Source: Microcoleus sp.
GTDB taxonomy: Bacteria > Cyanobacteriota > Cyanobacteriia > Cyanobacteriales > Microcoleaceae
Direction of reading: 5' to 3'
Length of the DNA stretch: 64,000 nt
Assembly: GCA_042408215.1 (NCBI GenBank)
Contig: JAYFMW010000019.1
Span: 32,001-96,000 of the forward strand
Shown piece after piece: positions 33,080-43,532 of the stretch. Below the pieces are notes generated by a model, which saw nothing but the letters and a program-made list of their open reading frames with translations, had not been told where the DNA came from and did not search any database. The position numbers and the translations under genes were made by a program. Within the stretch, counting starts at the first letter, position 1. Each line of letters starts with the position of its first letter.

Positions 33080-33589
33080 ATGCGTCTTCAGAACATCAAA
33101 TTATTGACAGGTGCTACCCTGTCCGTGCTAATTTCAGCAGTATCAGTGCATCCAGCGATGGCTAACCCTGCAACTCAAATAGCCCAAACGCAGACCACCA
33201 CAACAGCGAACGCTGAAAGCATTACGGGTATTGTCAAAAGTATTGTCGGCGACATCATCACAATTAGCCCAGAAAATTCGCGGTACAGGACTCTCAGGAT
33301 TCAAAAATGCGTCCTGAAAATTATCGGCTTAGTACCGGGAATGAAAGTCAAAGCCACCGTAGCCGGAGGCTCGAAGGTGGAAAGTATCATGGTGATCTCC
33401 AACGTTAAGGTGGTATCAACAGCCGTTGAGCGTCGGGTAGTTACTCCCATTCCAGCACCAGCACCAGCACCAGCACCGCGTCCGGCTCCCCGTCCGGCTC
33501 CCCTTCCCCGCGTCCAACCGCCAGCTCCCGCCCCCCGTCCGATTCCGGCTCCCCGTCCGGCTCCGCGTCCTGTGAGAGGACTTTGGTAG
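33080..33589 (+). CDS. Exported protein with Pro/Ala-rich linker and C-terminal PVRGLW
   Basis: GAGG RBS; signal peptide ending AMA; (PAPR)n tract; ends VRGLW*. Confidence 0.75.
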   Translation: MRLQNIKLLTGATLSVLISAVSVHPAMANPATQIAQTQTTTTANAESITGIVKSIVGDIITISPENSRYRTLRIQKCVLKIIGLVPGMKVKATVAGGSKVESIMVISNVKVVSTAVERRVVTPIPAPAPAPAPRPAPRPAPLPRVQPPAPAPRPIPAPRPAPRPVRGLW

Positions 33590-34039
33590 AGTTAGCTTTG
33601 TAGATGGAATTAAGCCACCGCCCATCGCGGTGGCTTCGCTTTTTCACGGAAATTGATGGTTGAGAAATTGCTGCTATGTATTCCTGATGGGAGTTTGTTG
33701 TTTACTGAGGAGGCCAATAACCGGATCGATCGCGTTCAGGTATCGGGGGTGAGCAAAGGGCGATCTACGATCGGGAATTGTAGCTGCGGCTAAGGGTGGG
33801 GATCAATAGTAGGAGCGAGTTAAGCGAGTTAACCGTTTTACCCACGCGCTTTACCAAACTCAGCCAACTTCGACCGAACCAAAAATCTCAAACTTCATTC
33901 ATTTGCAATCTAGTCTACGATTGATTATTCATTGCATTTTTTGTATTTGTAGTTGCACAAATAACCCTAAGAGCGCAACTACAAACCGCAGCAATTAGTG
34001 ATTAGCATTATTGACTTAGTAAATCCTGTAGCGCGGTGC

Positions 34040-34414
34040 TTAATGTGATGCACTAGCCAACAATTTGTCCCAAGTTTCTGTCCCCACAACTCCGTCTGCA
34101 CGAAGCTTTGTTTGTCGCTGAAATTTCTTCACGGCTGTGAGAGTTGTCGATCCGAATACGCCATCAAGTACGATCGGCTCTGGGCACAAACCTCGCGCGT
34201 TCAACAATTTTTGCAGCCTCTTGACATCTTCTCCTCTCGCTCCGTGTTTTAAAATCCTTTGATGCGGTTTATGGGGGTTTCTTTCGGGTTCATGGCAATC
34301 ATTCGTGAGACAAACTGCGTCCCCGCCCGATGCAAAGTTTACTCCACCTATGCCAGTCAAAACTAAGAGGGCTAGAAGTGCTAGTAAATAAGAAAAAGTC
34401 TGTTGTCCAACCAT
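34040..34414 (-). CDS. Peptidoglycan-binding domain protein (PG_binding_1)
   Basis: LKHGARGEDVKRLQKLL...DGVFGSTTLTAVKKFQ...ADGVVGTETW; start set at MVGQQ before a signal-like helix. Confidence 0.8.
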   Translation of the reverse strand: MVGQQTFSYLLALLALLVLTGIGGVNFASGGDAVCLTNDCHEPERNPHKPHQRILKHGARGEDVKRLQKLLNARGLCPEPIVLDGVFGSTTLTAVKKFQRQTKLRADGVVGTETWDKLLASASH

Positions 34415-35290
34415 AGTTTCCCTGTTAATTTTCTCAAGCGTATTTTGCGTGTTTGACGATCGTGTTTGAGAGTTAGAAACCGGATTTCTGGGATGGAGGC
34501 ATCTAATCTCAAGCAACCGGGTTTCTGGCAACAGCCACCAGATATTGTACAATATAAGTGGTCTTACCGCAAAATCTCCGATCGTGCAAGTTAAATTTTG
34601 TTGCTCTTTGGTAGCCACAAAGCCAACAATTACTTCGCCAGCAACTGCAACTCTCAGGATCACCAAGTTTCTCGCCAACGGGTAATCGCAAACGCGATCG
34701 TTTGCCGGTGAGGGAACGCGATAGTGTTCGTTCCAAATTATTTCGGAGTAATCGGCGGCTAATCCGACGTGGAGGCCGGTAACTGAGGCACTTGCACTGT
34801 AATCCTTGAGCGCTTGTCGCACTGTTGTCAAAAGTATCGACGATCGCGGTGCTGTTGGCAAGTAGTCGATCGACATTTGCCGTTGTCAATTCTTTTGAGT
34901 GTGCGTCTATTATTTTGACTCCCAAAGCGCCCTATAGGTTGTTGGCGATAATTTTGGCTTTGAATGCGCCGACATCCGATCGATCCTAGGGTTGGGTGGA
35001 CAGGTTGCGTTCTTCGATGCGATCGCGATCGACTACTGTTAATTGACCAAATCCCGATCGGGCCAGACTTTCTGTATTCGCACCCAAAGCGCCGGCGCCA
35101 CATACAGTTACGGGCAAGTTTTTGATCGGTGACATCACTGAGGGCAAATTTTATTTGACAAATAAATGTCAATTTTACTTATAGCGATCGCCACGCCAAC
35201 ACAGCGATCAGAAATATTGACATCGATCGAGATGCTAATTTAATATTGTTTAAGCACCCAAATTTCACTCTGTAAAGGTAGGGAGTAAAT

Positions 35291-35683
35291 ATGTTACAAA
35301 AGCTCTTTTCTAAGTTGCTTGTAGCGACAGTTCTGACCCTTCCAATCTTGGTATCATCCCAGACAGCTCAAGCTCAGAATAGACATGGAGCTACTGCTTA
35401 TTCTCCCACTTCTGATGCCACCGGTATCAGTTGGGACCATGCTACAGAAAAAGAAGCATTAGACGCAGCAGTAGCCGCCTGCAATCAAGAAACTAGAGGG
35501 GCGAAAGACTGCTCACCGCTGACATCAAATAGCAATAATTGTGGAGCGATCGCAGTAGGTAAAGGAGGCGCTGGTGCGGGTTGGGGTGATGATAAAGGAG
35601 CCGCAGAAGCTCAAGCTCTCGCAGGTTGTAGCGAATTAGAAGGAGGAAACTGTAAAGTTAAACTTTCAGCCTGTAACAAATAA
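35291..35683 (+). CDS. DUF4189 domain secreted protein
   Basis: GGAG RBS; signal peptide; HGATAYS, A...AVAAC, CGAIA, A...ALAGC pattern. Confidence 0.8.
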   Translation: MLQKLFSKLLVATVLTLPILVSSQTAQAQNRHGATAYSPTSDATGISWDHATEKEALDAAVAACNQETRGAKDCSPLTSNSNNCGAIAVGKGGAGAGWGDDKGAAEAQALAGCSELEGGNCKVKLSACNK

Positions 35684-35832
35684 TTTAACGGATAAATAGC
35701 GAGCGATAGGTGTACATATCTGGTCATAAAACTGTTGAAAAAAGAGTGAAATTTGATGAATTTTAAATTCACTCTTTTCTCGGCTTTAGGAATTGTAATT
35801 GCATCTTTAAATGTCGGTGCGCCATCAGCACC

Positions 35833-36168
35833 TTACCCCGGATAATCTCCCATTTCAAAAGTAACGGCATCCGGTTTGAGCAAACTTTCCAATCTATCTT
35901 TGGACCAATATTCAGTTGGATAAGCGACTGCAATAATATCTGAAAGTCGAATCAGCCAAGTGACTTGTCCGTAAGAATCGTTATTTTCCCCCTGTTCGCT
36001 AGGCGAAACTATTACCAGAATTTCCGCAAACTCCCCGGACAAATTAATCGGGATGCCGCCGAAACTGCTATTATTTGTTTTCATCCAAACTTTACTGCCT
36101 CGATCGAGAGCTTCTTGCAGTCGTTGGGAGAGCAAACAGGATTTTTTGACCTTAGACTTTTTTCCCAT
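35833..36168 (-). CDS. Hypothetical protein
   Basis: 111-aa ORF with plausible composition; no motif recognised. Confidence 0.6.
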   Translation of the reverse strand: MGKKSKVKKSCLLSQRLQEALDRGSKVWMKTNNSSFGGIPINLSGEFAEILVIVSPSEQGENNDSYGQVTWLIRLSDIIAVAYPTEYWSKDRLESLLKPDAVTFEMGDYPG

Positions 36169-36444
36169 AGTTCAAGCTCAAGTAGTTGTACTGTGTGTTA
36201 AGATCCAGGGCGATCGCATTTTTACTCACTCAACGGACAAAAGCAAAAATGGCGATCGAACTCGCTGCTCCTTACTCTACTGTATAAGAAATTGACCGAG
36301 TGCGATCGGTATAAAAATTTAATTACCAAACAGCGAAATCGCCTAAGCCGTGTTAATTTATCAGCTTCCTCAGATATCCCTGTTCCTTTCGCGCTCAAAT
36401 CCAGTATAATTGGCTGCATCTTCCCCAATCGTTTAAGCAAAAAA

Positions 36445-36723
36445 ATGGACTGGCGACAGCATATTAATTTTGGGACAAAAAAAATAGCCAGCAAACCCGC
36501 TGTTCCAGAAACTCGGTTATCTGTAGAATTTTTGCTAGGGCTGTTTGCTGCGGGATGGACTGAAAAACAGGTGTTAGAGAAATATCCTGAACTCACTTCG
36601 TCCAAGTTGTGTGCAGTTTTAGCTACTGCGGATTCAGGGTTAGTTTCATCTATCGCAAATCCTGAGTTACTAGAAATGATCGATAGAACGAGAGAAGAAG
36701 TTAAAATAGGGAAAAACTGGTAA
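36445..36723 (+). CDS. DUF433 domain protein (divergent)
   Basis: KPAVPETRLSVEFLLGLFAAGWTEKQVLEKYPEL. Confidence 0.7.
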   Translation: MDWRQHINFGTKKIASKPAVPETRLSVEFLLGLFAAGWTEKQVLEKYPELTSSKLCAVLATADSGLVSSIANPELLEMIDRTREEVKIGKNW

Positions 36724-36733
36724 AATTAAAACT

Positions 36734-37111
36734 TCAATTCTCCTCTTGCTCACTTGAATCTATTTCCCTTGGTCTAGTCAAAAGTGCTAACCCTGCGAGA
36801 ATCTGTCGGACTCGTTTCCGAGACAATTTGCCAATTTTATCTGTCAACAAAGCCTTATCTACTGTAAAAACTTGAGACACATTCACTACGCTTTGTTCTG
36901 CTAGATCAGCTTCTCCTGCTTCAAGCAATACATTACCTATCGCCCTAGCTCGTCTGAGATTAGTAGTCAATGCACAAACAATAACAGTTCTGATTTGAGA
37001 ACTGTTCAGGACATCGTTTTGAATCACTACATAAGGACGAATATAACCAGGTTCCGAACCGATAGGCTGTCCCAAATCTATCCAGTAGATATCTCCCTGA
37101 CAAATTACCAT
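36734..37111 (-). CDS. PemK/MazF family toxin
   Basis: GDIYWIDL, GSEPGYIRPYVVIQND, VCALTTN, SVVNVSQVFTVDK. Confidence 0.92.
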   Translation of the reverse strand: MVICQGDIYWIDLGQPIGSEPGYIRPYVVIQNDVLNSSQIRTVIVCALTTNLRRARAIGNVLLEAGEADLAEQSVVNVSQVFTVDKALLTDKIGKLSRKRVRQILAGLALLTRPREIDSSEQEEN

Positions 37112-37560
37112 TCTGTTTCTGTGAATTGTCGCTGATGCTGACGCATTCCCTCTAGCATAGCTTGCTCTGAGGGATCTAGTCCATCTGCATAAGCATCATT
37201 GATACTGTCTAGCAGTTGTCGATCGCGATCGCTTTGTAAACAGTCACTAGCGTTCACTACCTCATTTTCAGTATCATCCTCTTCATCAATCCCAAATTTT
37301 TGGCAAATTTCATCGATTTCTTGAGGTTGAACAACTCTTGCTTTAGCTCTTTTTAATGCTGTCAACAAAGGAGTTGTATTGGTCGAGGCTCGCAGCAAAT
37401 AAAGCGTTTCTAGCAAATTTTCTAATTCTGTCTCAGAAATCAAAACCGCATTTTTGCCGTGAGATATATTAATAACTATTACTTCCCCTGTTTCAACAGC
37501 GCGATCGCATAGGTTTTCTAAATTTGCTTCAGCTTCAGTGTATGTAATCTCAGTTAACAT
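37105..37560 (-). CDS. Phd/YefM family antitoxin with extended C-terminus
   Basis: ITYTEAEANLENLCD...NAVLIS...LETLYLL; overlaps the toxin start. Confidence 0.75.
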   Translation of the reverse strand: MLTEITYTEAEANLENLCDRAVETGEVIVINISHGKNAVLISETELENLLETLYLLRASTNTTPLLTALKRAKARVVQPQEIDEICQKFGIDEEDDTENEVVNASDCLQSDRDRQLLDSINDAYADGLDPSEQAMLEGMRQHQRQFTETEW

Positions 37561-37624
37561 ACAATTCTAACTCCCACTAACTTTGCGAGCATTGCTCGCC
37601 AGCTTAACTGACGAGCCCTAGCTA

Positions 37625-38147
<523 letters not shown>

Positions 38148-38386
38148 AATTGAATTCTACTTCCTCACTACTTTCGCATCTAAAACTTAGGAAAAAATAT
38201 CTTCGCGCCCCTTGACAAATATGAAGTGTTACGCTGAAAAAAGTAGGTTTTTTTGGATGTTTTTTTTGACCGCAGATGTAAGCAGATAAACACAGATGAA
38301 CGCTGATGGATTTTTACAGCGGAAACCGCTGTTATGAGGTACACCCACTTATCGTTCAATCCTCGTAGGGACACTCAAGCGTGCCC

Positions 38387-38616
38387 ATTGGTGTCAACTT
38401 AAGCCTAAAACCATTGAGAAATCTCGCTTTTACGCCAAGTCGAGATCCCCCTAAATCCCCCTTAAGAAGGGAGTAGGGTGTGAGTAGGGGTTGACTTTGA
38501 TCGGATTCTTGTCCCCCCCTTCTTAAGGGGGAGTAGGGGGCAAGAATGCGGGGGGATCTAAGTTTAATAGTCAAACCGCAGTCTGTGACTGGGTTAGAAG
38601 TTAAGTTGACACCAAT
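38387..38616. mobile_element. MITE-like element with 16-bp terminal inverted repeats
   Basis: ATTGGTGTCAACTTAA (38387-38402) / TTAAGTTGACACCAAT (38601-38616); interior carries the GATCCCCCTAAATCCCCCTTAAGAAGGG core. Confidence 0.7.
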
Positions 38617-38667
38617 TGGCTCCTGGAGTGTCCCTACCGTGTTTCATAACAGCGGGAACTGCTGTAG

Positions 38668-38778
38668 TAAAGCGTTTTGACAGTGCGATCGCTCTACCAC
38701 TTGAGCTACATCCCCTTAAACGGGACTGGCAGGATTTGAACCTGCAACCAATCGGTTGAAATTGTGTGTGCTTCATTT
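38668..38778 (-). ncRNA. Circularly permuted tRNA-like RNA (YrlA/Y RNA-like)
   Basis: Minus strand reads CGATT-GGTT-GCAGG TTCAAAT CCTGC-CAGTCCC-gtttaa-GGGGATG-TA-GCTC AAGTGGTA GAGC-GATCG: the T-arm precedes the D-arm and the acceptor stem is closed by a loop. Core 38686-38754; outer ends approximate. Confidence 0.7.
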
Positions 38779-38976
38779 GTTGGGCGCGGAACAGAATTTT
38801 TACTAGCGGAGTTAATGTTTTTCAAATCTCAAAAATTTAGGTATAAGAGGTAGCGCAAAAGTCAGAGAAGCTTGGTTTTTTTGAGCCGATCGGCAATTCG
38901 ATTATAGTCAAATTTTTCTAGTTTGTAAGCTTCTTTTGTTAGGATGCACCGCCTCATACCTGCTTTCAGTTAATTT

Positions 38977-39134
38977 CTAGCCGTAAACGGCTTCTGGACA
39001 ATTAAGCGATCGCCCTTAACATCAAAATCCTTGGCCAGATGTTCCTTAATGACTTTTTCGCTCATTCCTGCTGCGATACCCAGTTGGTTTTCTACCACAT
39101 CCTAGGAACGTCCTTCAAAACGAATGTGAACCAT
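38977..39134 (-). pseudogene. Disrupted small conserved-looking protein (MVHIRFEGRS...PEAVYG)
   Basis: In-frame TAG at codon 11 (39102-39104); terminal PEAVYG* lies in a shifted frame. Confidence 0.6.
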
Positions 39135-39260
39135 TACTGATACCAGAGCGATTTGGGATTTGGGATTGGTAGCTTATCTGCTGTTTAGCCTTGCGTTTAT
39201 GGTATAAAGATTGCCAAAAATTTTCGCAAATACGGCTGTCTTTTACATAAATAAACGCCG

Positions 39261-39440
39261 TTATAAGTAATAAGCTTGTTTGACATTGCGGATTGACTCA
39301 GCCATTTTTTTGGCTGCGAATTTGGCATAACTTTCCTGTTCTGAATCCGCAACAGATTCGTTTAAATTAGACTGATTCGGTGCAATCTCTGGCTCAGAGG
39401 GAGTCGGTTTGTAATCGAACAGTCTTGTGTAAAGTAACAA
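39261..39440 (-). CDS. Small hypothetical protein (59 aa, below ORF-track cutoff)
   Basis: TTG start: (M)LLYTRLFDYKPTPSEPEIAPNQSNLNESVADSEQESYAKFAAKKMAESIRNVKQAYYL*; lies downstream of a strong promoter-like site. Confidence 0.5.
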   Translation of the reverse strand: MLLYTRLFDYKPTPSEPEIAPNQSNLNESVADSEQESYAKFAAKKMAESIRNVKQAYYL

Positions 39441-39574
39441 CCTGACTATCCAGTCTCTATTACAAGACTTTCAAATTGATGTTCCTGGAAATTTCTATCT
39501 TTTTTTCAGTTTTCCAGGTTGAGAATTGTACGGAAAATACAGATTTTTGCTTGTCCTGCGCTTTCCCTATTTAC

Positions 39575-39603
39575 ATACTAAAAATGTAGCACAAAAGTGT
39601 CAA
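39575..39603 (-). promoter_or_regulatory. Sigma70-type promoter TTGACA-N17-TAGTAT
   Basis: Minus strand TTGACA CTTTTGTGCTACATTTT TAGTAT; points toward the small ORFs and the Y RNA-like element. Confidence 0.65.
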
Positions 39604-39726
39604 GGGGTTGGGAAAAGTTTTTTAGTTTTTACCTCAAACCCTCTCGATCCCCCCGCATTCTTCCCCCCCCTACTCACCCCCTACTCACACCCTACTCCCT
39701 GAATAAGGGGGGACAAGAGCGTTCTT

Positions 39727-40686
39727 TTAAAGCTCTTTGACATAAGCAATGCTATCGCGAATCTTGTGGAAGCCAGCGGACTCGTAAAGCCGCAATGCAC
39801 CGGAGGAATTTTCAGCATCGACGCCGATAATCGCAGTAGCGACACCGGCTGCTTTGAGTCGATGCAAACCAGCGAGCAACATTGCTCGTCCTAATCCGAT
39901 TTTGCGGAAGCCGCGCCGCGTACCGAGAGACATAATCCAGCCTTCATTGCGCCCGGTACGATCGCACTCTTCGACGCTAATTTCGCAGTGACAAAATGCT
40001 GCAAATCTGCCGTCAACCGCAACCGCAATTAAGTCTAAATCCTTTCTGTAATCGGGTTTGGCTAAATCGTACTTGAATTTCTCTACTGTTAAATCGTGAT
40101 GATTCCAGTGATCGATAAATGACTGGTTGAACATTTCTACCCAAGCTACCGCATCCTGTTCGCCGGGGAACTGACTGAGGGCGAAACCTTTTGGGAATTG
40201 CGGTTCTGGGATTGGTTGAGAGATCGATCGCGCCATTCGGAAAAAATAGCGATCGACCTTGAAACCGCAATTTGCTAGCACAGAAATGCGATCGCCATTC
40301 TCCGCGCGCACCCACGATCGCAGTTTCACCCGCGCACCTCGCTCTTTTTCCACGAACCGCATCCGCTTTTCACCCCAAGCCACTGCTAGCGTTTCTAGAT
40401 CGCCCGATCGCGCGATCGGGTGAACGCAAAACCACAGCCAACCGTCAATCATCTCCCCAGATGCAGAAATCGACAACTGAGCAAAGCCGATTAATTTGCC
40501 GTTCGCATCTTCCCAAAGGCAGATATCGCGGCTTTTGTCTAGGGATGGTTCGTTAAATTTTTGTTGCAATTCTGAGATGGAAGTGCCTTCTTCGAGGCGA
40601 TCGACTTTTTCGCAAGTATCGATCAAATGGGCGATCGCTTCCAGGTCACTTTCATCCGCGTAGGGTCTGCTCGACACAATCAACAT
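39727..40686 (-). CDS. Tandem GNAT family N-acetyltransferase
   Basis: Two GNAT-like halves; LGTRRGFRKIGLGRAML and GALRLYESAGF. Confidence 0.88.
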   Translation of the reverse strand: MLIVSSRPYADESDLEAIAHLIDTCEKVDRLEEGTSISELQQKFNEPSLDKSRDICLWEDANGKLIGFAQLSISASGEMIDGWLWFCVHPIARSGDLETLAVAWGEKRMRFVEKERGARVKLRSWVRAENGDRISVLANCGFKVDRYFFRMARSISQPIPEPQFPKGFALSQFPGEQDAVAWVEMFNQSFIDHWNHHDLTVEKFKYDLAKPDYRKDLDLIAVAVDGRFAAFCHCEISVEECDRTGRNEGWIMSLGTRRGFRKIGLGRAMLLAGLHRLKAAGVATAIIGVDAENSSGALRLYESAGFHKIRDSIAYVKEL

Positions 40687-41229
40687 ATAGAACCCAAAAG
40701 ATTTAGGATTTATTTTCCTAGCCATTTTGTTTCAGTCAAATCCTATGCATAGTTTGATTGTAGCTAAAAAGTCAGCGCTCTGTAGTAATCGACACAAGCG
40801 CCGCTTGTGTAAAGCCGACTAAAATTACGGCTATCACAGAGGATTAAAAAATCAAGGTGATAATTTATACTTTTATGTGTCACTGACATCGCAGGGGTGA
40901 CCGGACTCGAACATTGACGGATTTTTACTTCCACCAAGTCGAAAATCGGGATGGTAGGTATCAGGATGGGAATATTTTCTAGTTATATAATTTAAAAATA
41001 TCAATAGAGGTAGGTAGATAAATAGGTGCTAAGCTCAGAAAACCGATACAAAGCCGATAGAGCACTTCCTTCACGCGGAATTCTTCAGGGATAGCAAGGC
41101 TGAAACTCTTGATGTGTAAACGACTAACTTTGATGGGAGTAGAAGGACTGAGCGAAAGATGAGCGGAAAACAGAACTCTTGGTGAGTCAATGAATCTGAA
41201 ACTATTGACTCACAAAGGATGGAAGTTGA

Positions 41230-41303
<74 letters not shown>

Positions 41304-41314
41304 GCATCTAGGCT

Positions 41315-41343
41315 ACTATAACATAGCTGATTGATTTTGTCAA
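41315..41343 (-). promoter_or_regulatory. Sigma70-type promoter TTGACA-N17-TATAGT for tRNA-Lys
   Basis: Minus strand TTGACA AAATCAATCAGCTATGT TATAGT, 11 nt upstream of the tRNA 5' end. Confidence 0.75.
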
Positions 41344-41375
41344 TACTTTTTCAAATTTAGTGCGATCGCCCTGAC

Positions 41376-41918
41376 TCACCCCAAAAGTCTCTCAACGGAA
41401 ACGCGAATGTCGGGAAATGCCAGCGGTATCACCCTTCCGGCGTCGATCGTGATCTCCTCTGTGTACTCGCCATTCTGAGGAGATCGAAACACGATCATTT
41501 ACTTAGCAGATCAATTTAAAACCCAATATTCTTGAATTGCTGCCGATGCATAAATGGCTGCTTTCAACTCTAAATCCTTCTTCCACCTAGTTTGAGAAAC
41601 CTCTACAACCCAAAAGAGATCTTGAGGTTCGGGATGGCGATCGTTGTAAGCAGACTCCGGTCATCGCACGATCGCAATATCTGGTTCAGGTTCAGAGTCT
41701 GAGCGGGTAATTTCCCCGTTGAAGCGGACATCAGCTTTACTTGCGAGTAGTTCCTCGAGGTATTTAGTACCTCGTTTGGTTGTGTTGTAATGAATTGGGG
41801 TTTCTGGACTCATCTGGGAGACTTCACCGGCTAGCAACTCCACAGGGCGATCGCCCAGAATGCCTGCTTCTATCATAGGATGATAGTCACCCACAGACCA
41901 TTTAGCTAGGGTTTTCAT
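41376..41918 (-). pseudogene. Uma2 family endonuclease pseudogene
   Basis: Frame continues past stops: ...EPEPDIAIVR*PESAYNDRHP...VVEVSQT...KAAIYA...QEYWVLN*SAK*MIVFRSP...LLG*; three in-frame stops. Confidence 0.85.
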
Positions 41919-42381
41919 TGCTAAATCGACGCATTTTGTGAAGATAACTAACTCTATTTTACACGAGAATTGTACAACTTTTGATAGTAAGTTACCACAG
42001 ACTAGACTTACAGCGGAAACCGCTGTATTAATTCAAAACTCAATACAGACGCTGAATAGTATTGTGGCATTGAGCAAAACCAGGCCACATAAGGGTTCCC
42101 ATAACTTGCAGTCATGTAAAATATTTTTTCTCTCCTTGACATCACTTTTAAAAGATACCAAAAAGAGGCAATAAGTAATGAGAATTAACTCGTTTTTGGG
42201 CATTTTTCCAGTTAATTAGTGGACTTTTGATCGATTGTGTTAATTTTTGTTACGCAAATGTTGATTTTTTTTTCAACACGTTAATATGCAGAGATTAAAT
42301 AAATGAAGCCCCTTCCTAATCATCTGCGTTTAGGGAGTTAGCTTGCCTTGATCAGTCCAACATCCCAAATCTGAAATCGGT

Positions 42382-43530
42382 ATGAGTGGTACAAAGGTTA
42401 TTGCAATTTCAGGGATTGCACAAGCGTCTGCGGGTGCAGCAACCGCATCTGGTATATCTGGGGTCGCGATCGCGTCGGGAGCCGCGACTATTCTCGGATT
42501 AACAGCCCTTGTGGCTGCTGCCGGAGCGGTTGTAGCATTGACAGGAAAAGCGATTGACGCTTACCAAGAGCGGGTGCGTCAACAACGGGAAGCCGCTGAA
42601 AAACGCGAACGAGAAATCCAGCAACGCATTGCCGATATTCGCGCCCAAATTCGGAGTCGTGGCAGTCAAGCGAAAGTAACGGTTAAATTACCTCCAGAAA
42701 CTCGGTTTCAGGGGACTGTTTCTCGTGAATCGGCTAAAACCCCAGATGAGAGGGACCAACAACGAAAAATTAACGAGTTGAACTCGCGAGTGCCCAATAT
42801 CCGCACTGAGTATCAAGCCTTGATTGATCAACAACTGCTAGATAGTTCAACGGTGCATCAGGCTCTTGAGAAAACGCAGCAAGCCTTGAATAGTAATAAT
42901 CTCGCTCAAGCCCAAGGCTATTTACAAGCTTTGGATGATGCGCGAATACAAGTGATGAAAGGGCTACAGGAGCAATGGCTTCCTCAAATTGAATATATAG
43001 AACAAAGATTGGCTGGGTTGCGTTCCCGAATTCCCCAAGCCCTAATTCAAGAACTCCAGACGAATATTGACGGGGCAAAAAATAACTGGCAGCAATTGAC
43101 GCAAGCTGATCTCGACGCTTTACACCAACGGATTAGTACCTTTGAAAGTCAAGCCGATAGCATTCAACAGGCGGCTGAAAAACTGGCGGAGTCTTACCGT
43201 CAGGTGGGATATGCAGCTTATTTAGGGGGAATTGACAATGGTGATGCAGTTGTGCAGGTAGAAACCCATGAAGGGGTTAATACCCAGATCCGACTTGATT
43301 TTTATGGCGATCGCATGAATTTGGAAGGCCCTCCAGAAGAGTCAAACTCTTGTGCCGCGAGGACTGTGGAGGCGTTGAGGCGCTTTCGAGAACAGGGTTA
43401 TCAGTTGGAGTGGACTGAATGGGATGGTGAACCTGTCGCGGAGGATTTACGACATTTATATTCTGTAAATCCAGGGGAAATAGAGGCTGATCCGCGATCG
43501 CGCCTTCGTCGGGAAAGTCAGGGGTATTAA
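42382..43530 (+). CDS. Hypothetical protein: Gly/Ala-rich hydrophobic N-terminus, long coiled coil, small C-terminal domain
   Basis: First gene of the co-directional cluster; GxxxG/AxxxA-rich residues 1-55; Q/E/L heptads. Confidence 0.8.
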   Translation: MSGTKVIAISGIAQASAGAATASGISGVAIASGAATILGLTALVAAAGAVVALTGKAIDAYQERVRQQREAAEKREREIQQRIADIRAQIRSRGSQAKVTVKLPPETRFQGTVSRESAKTPDERDQQRKINELNSRVPNIRTEYQALIDQQLLDSSTVHQALEKTQQALNSNNLAQAQGYLQALDDARIQVMKGLQEQWLPQIEYIEQRLAGLRSRIPQALIQELQTNIDGAKNNWQQLTQADLDALHQRISTFESQADSIQQAAEKLAESYRQVGYAAYLGGIDNGDAVVQVETHEGVNTQIRLDFYGDRMNLEGPPEESNSCAARTVEALRRFREQGYQLEWTEWDGEPVAEDLRHLYSVNPGEIEADPRSRLRRESQGY

Positions 43531-43532
43531 AG

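Noticed and set aside
34415..35172. N-terminal extension of the 278-aa ORF and overlapping ORFs 34509-34925 and 34828-35172
   Set aside because: Runs through a repeat element, shows no recognisable domain, and a signal-like start exists at 34414.
38686..38754. Ordinary tRNA gene
   Set aside because: The halves are in reversed order and there is no anticodon loop; treated as a tRNA mimic.
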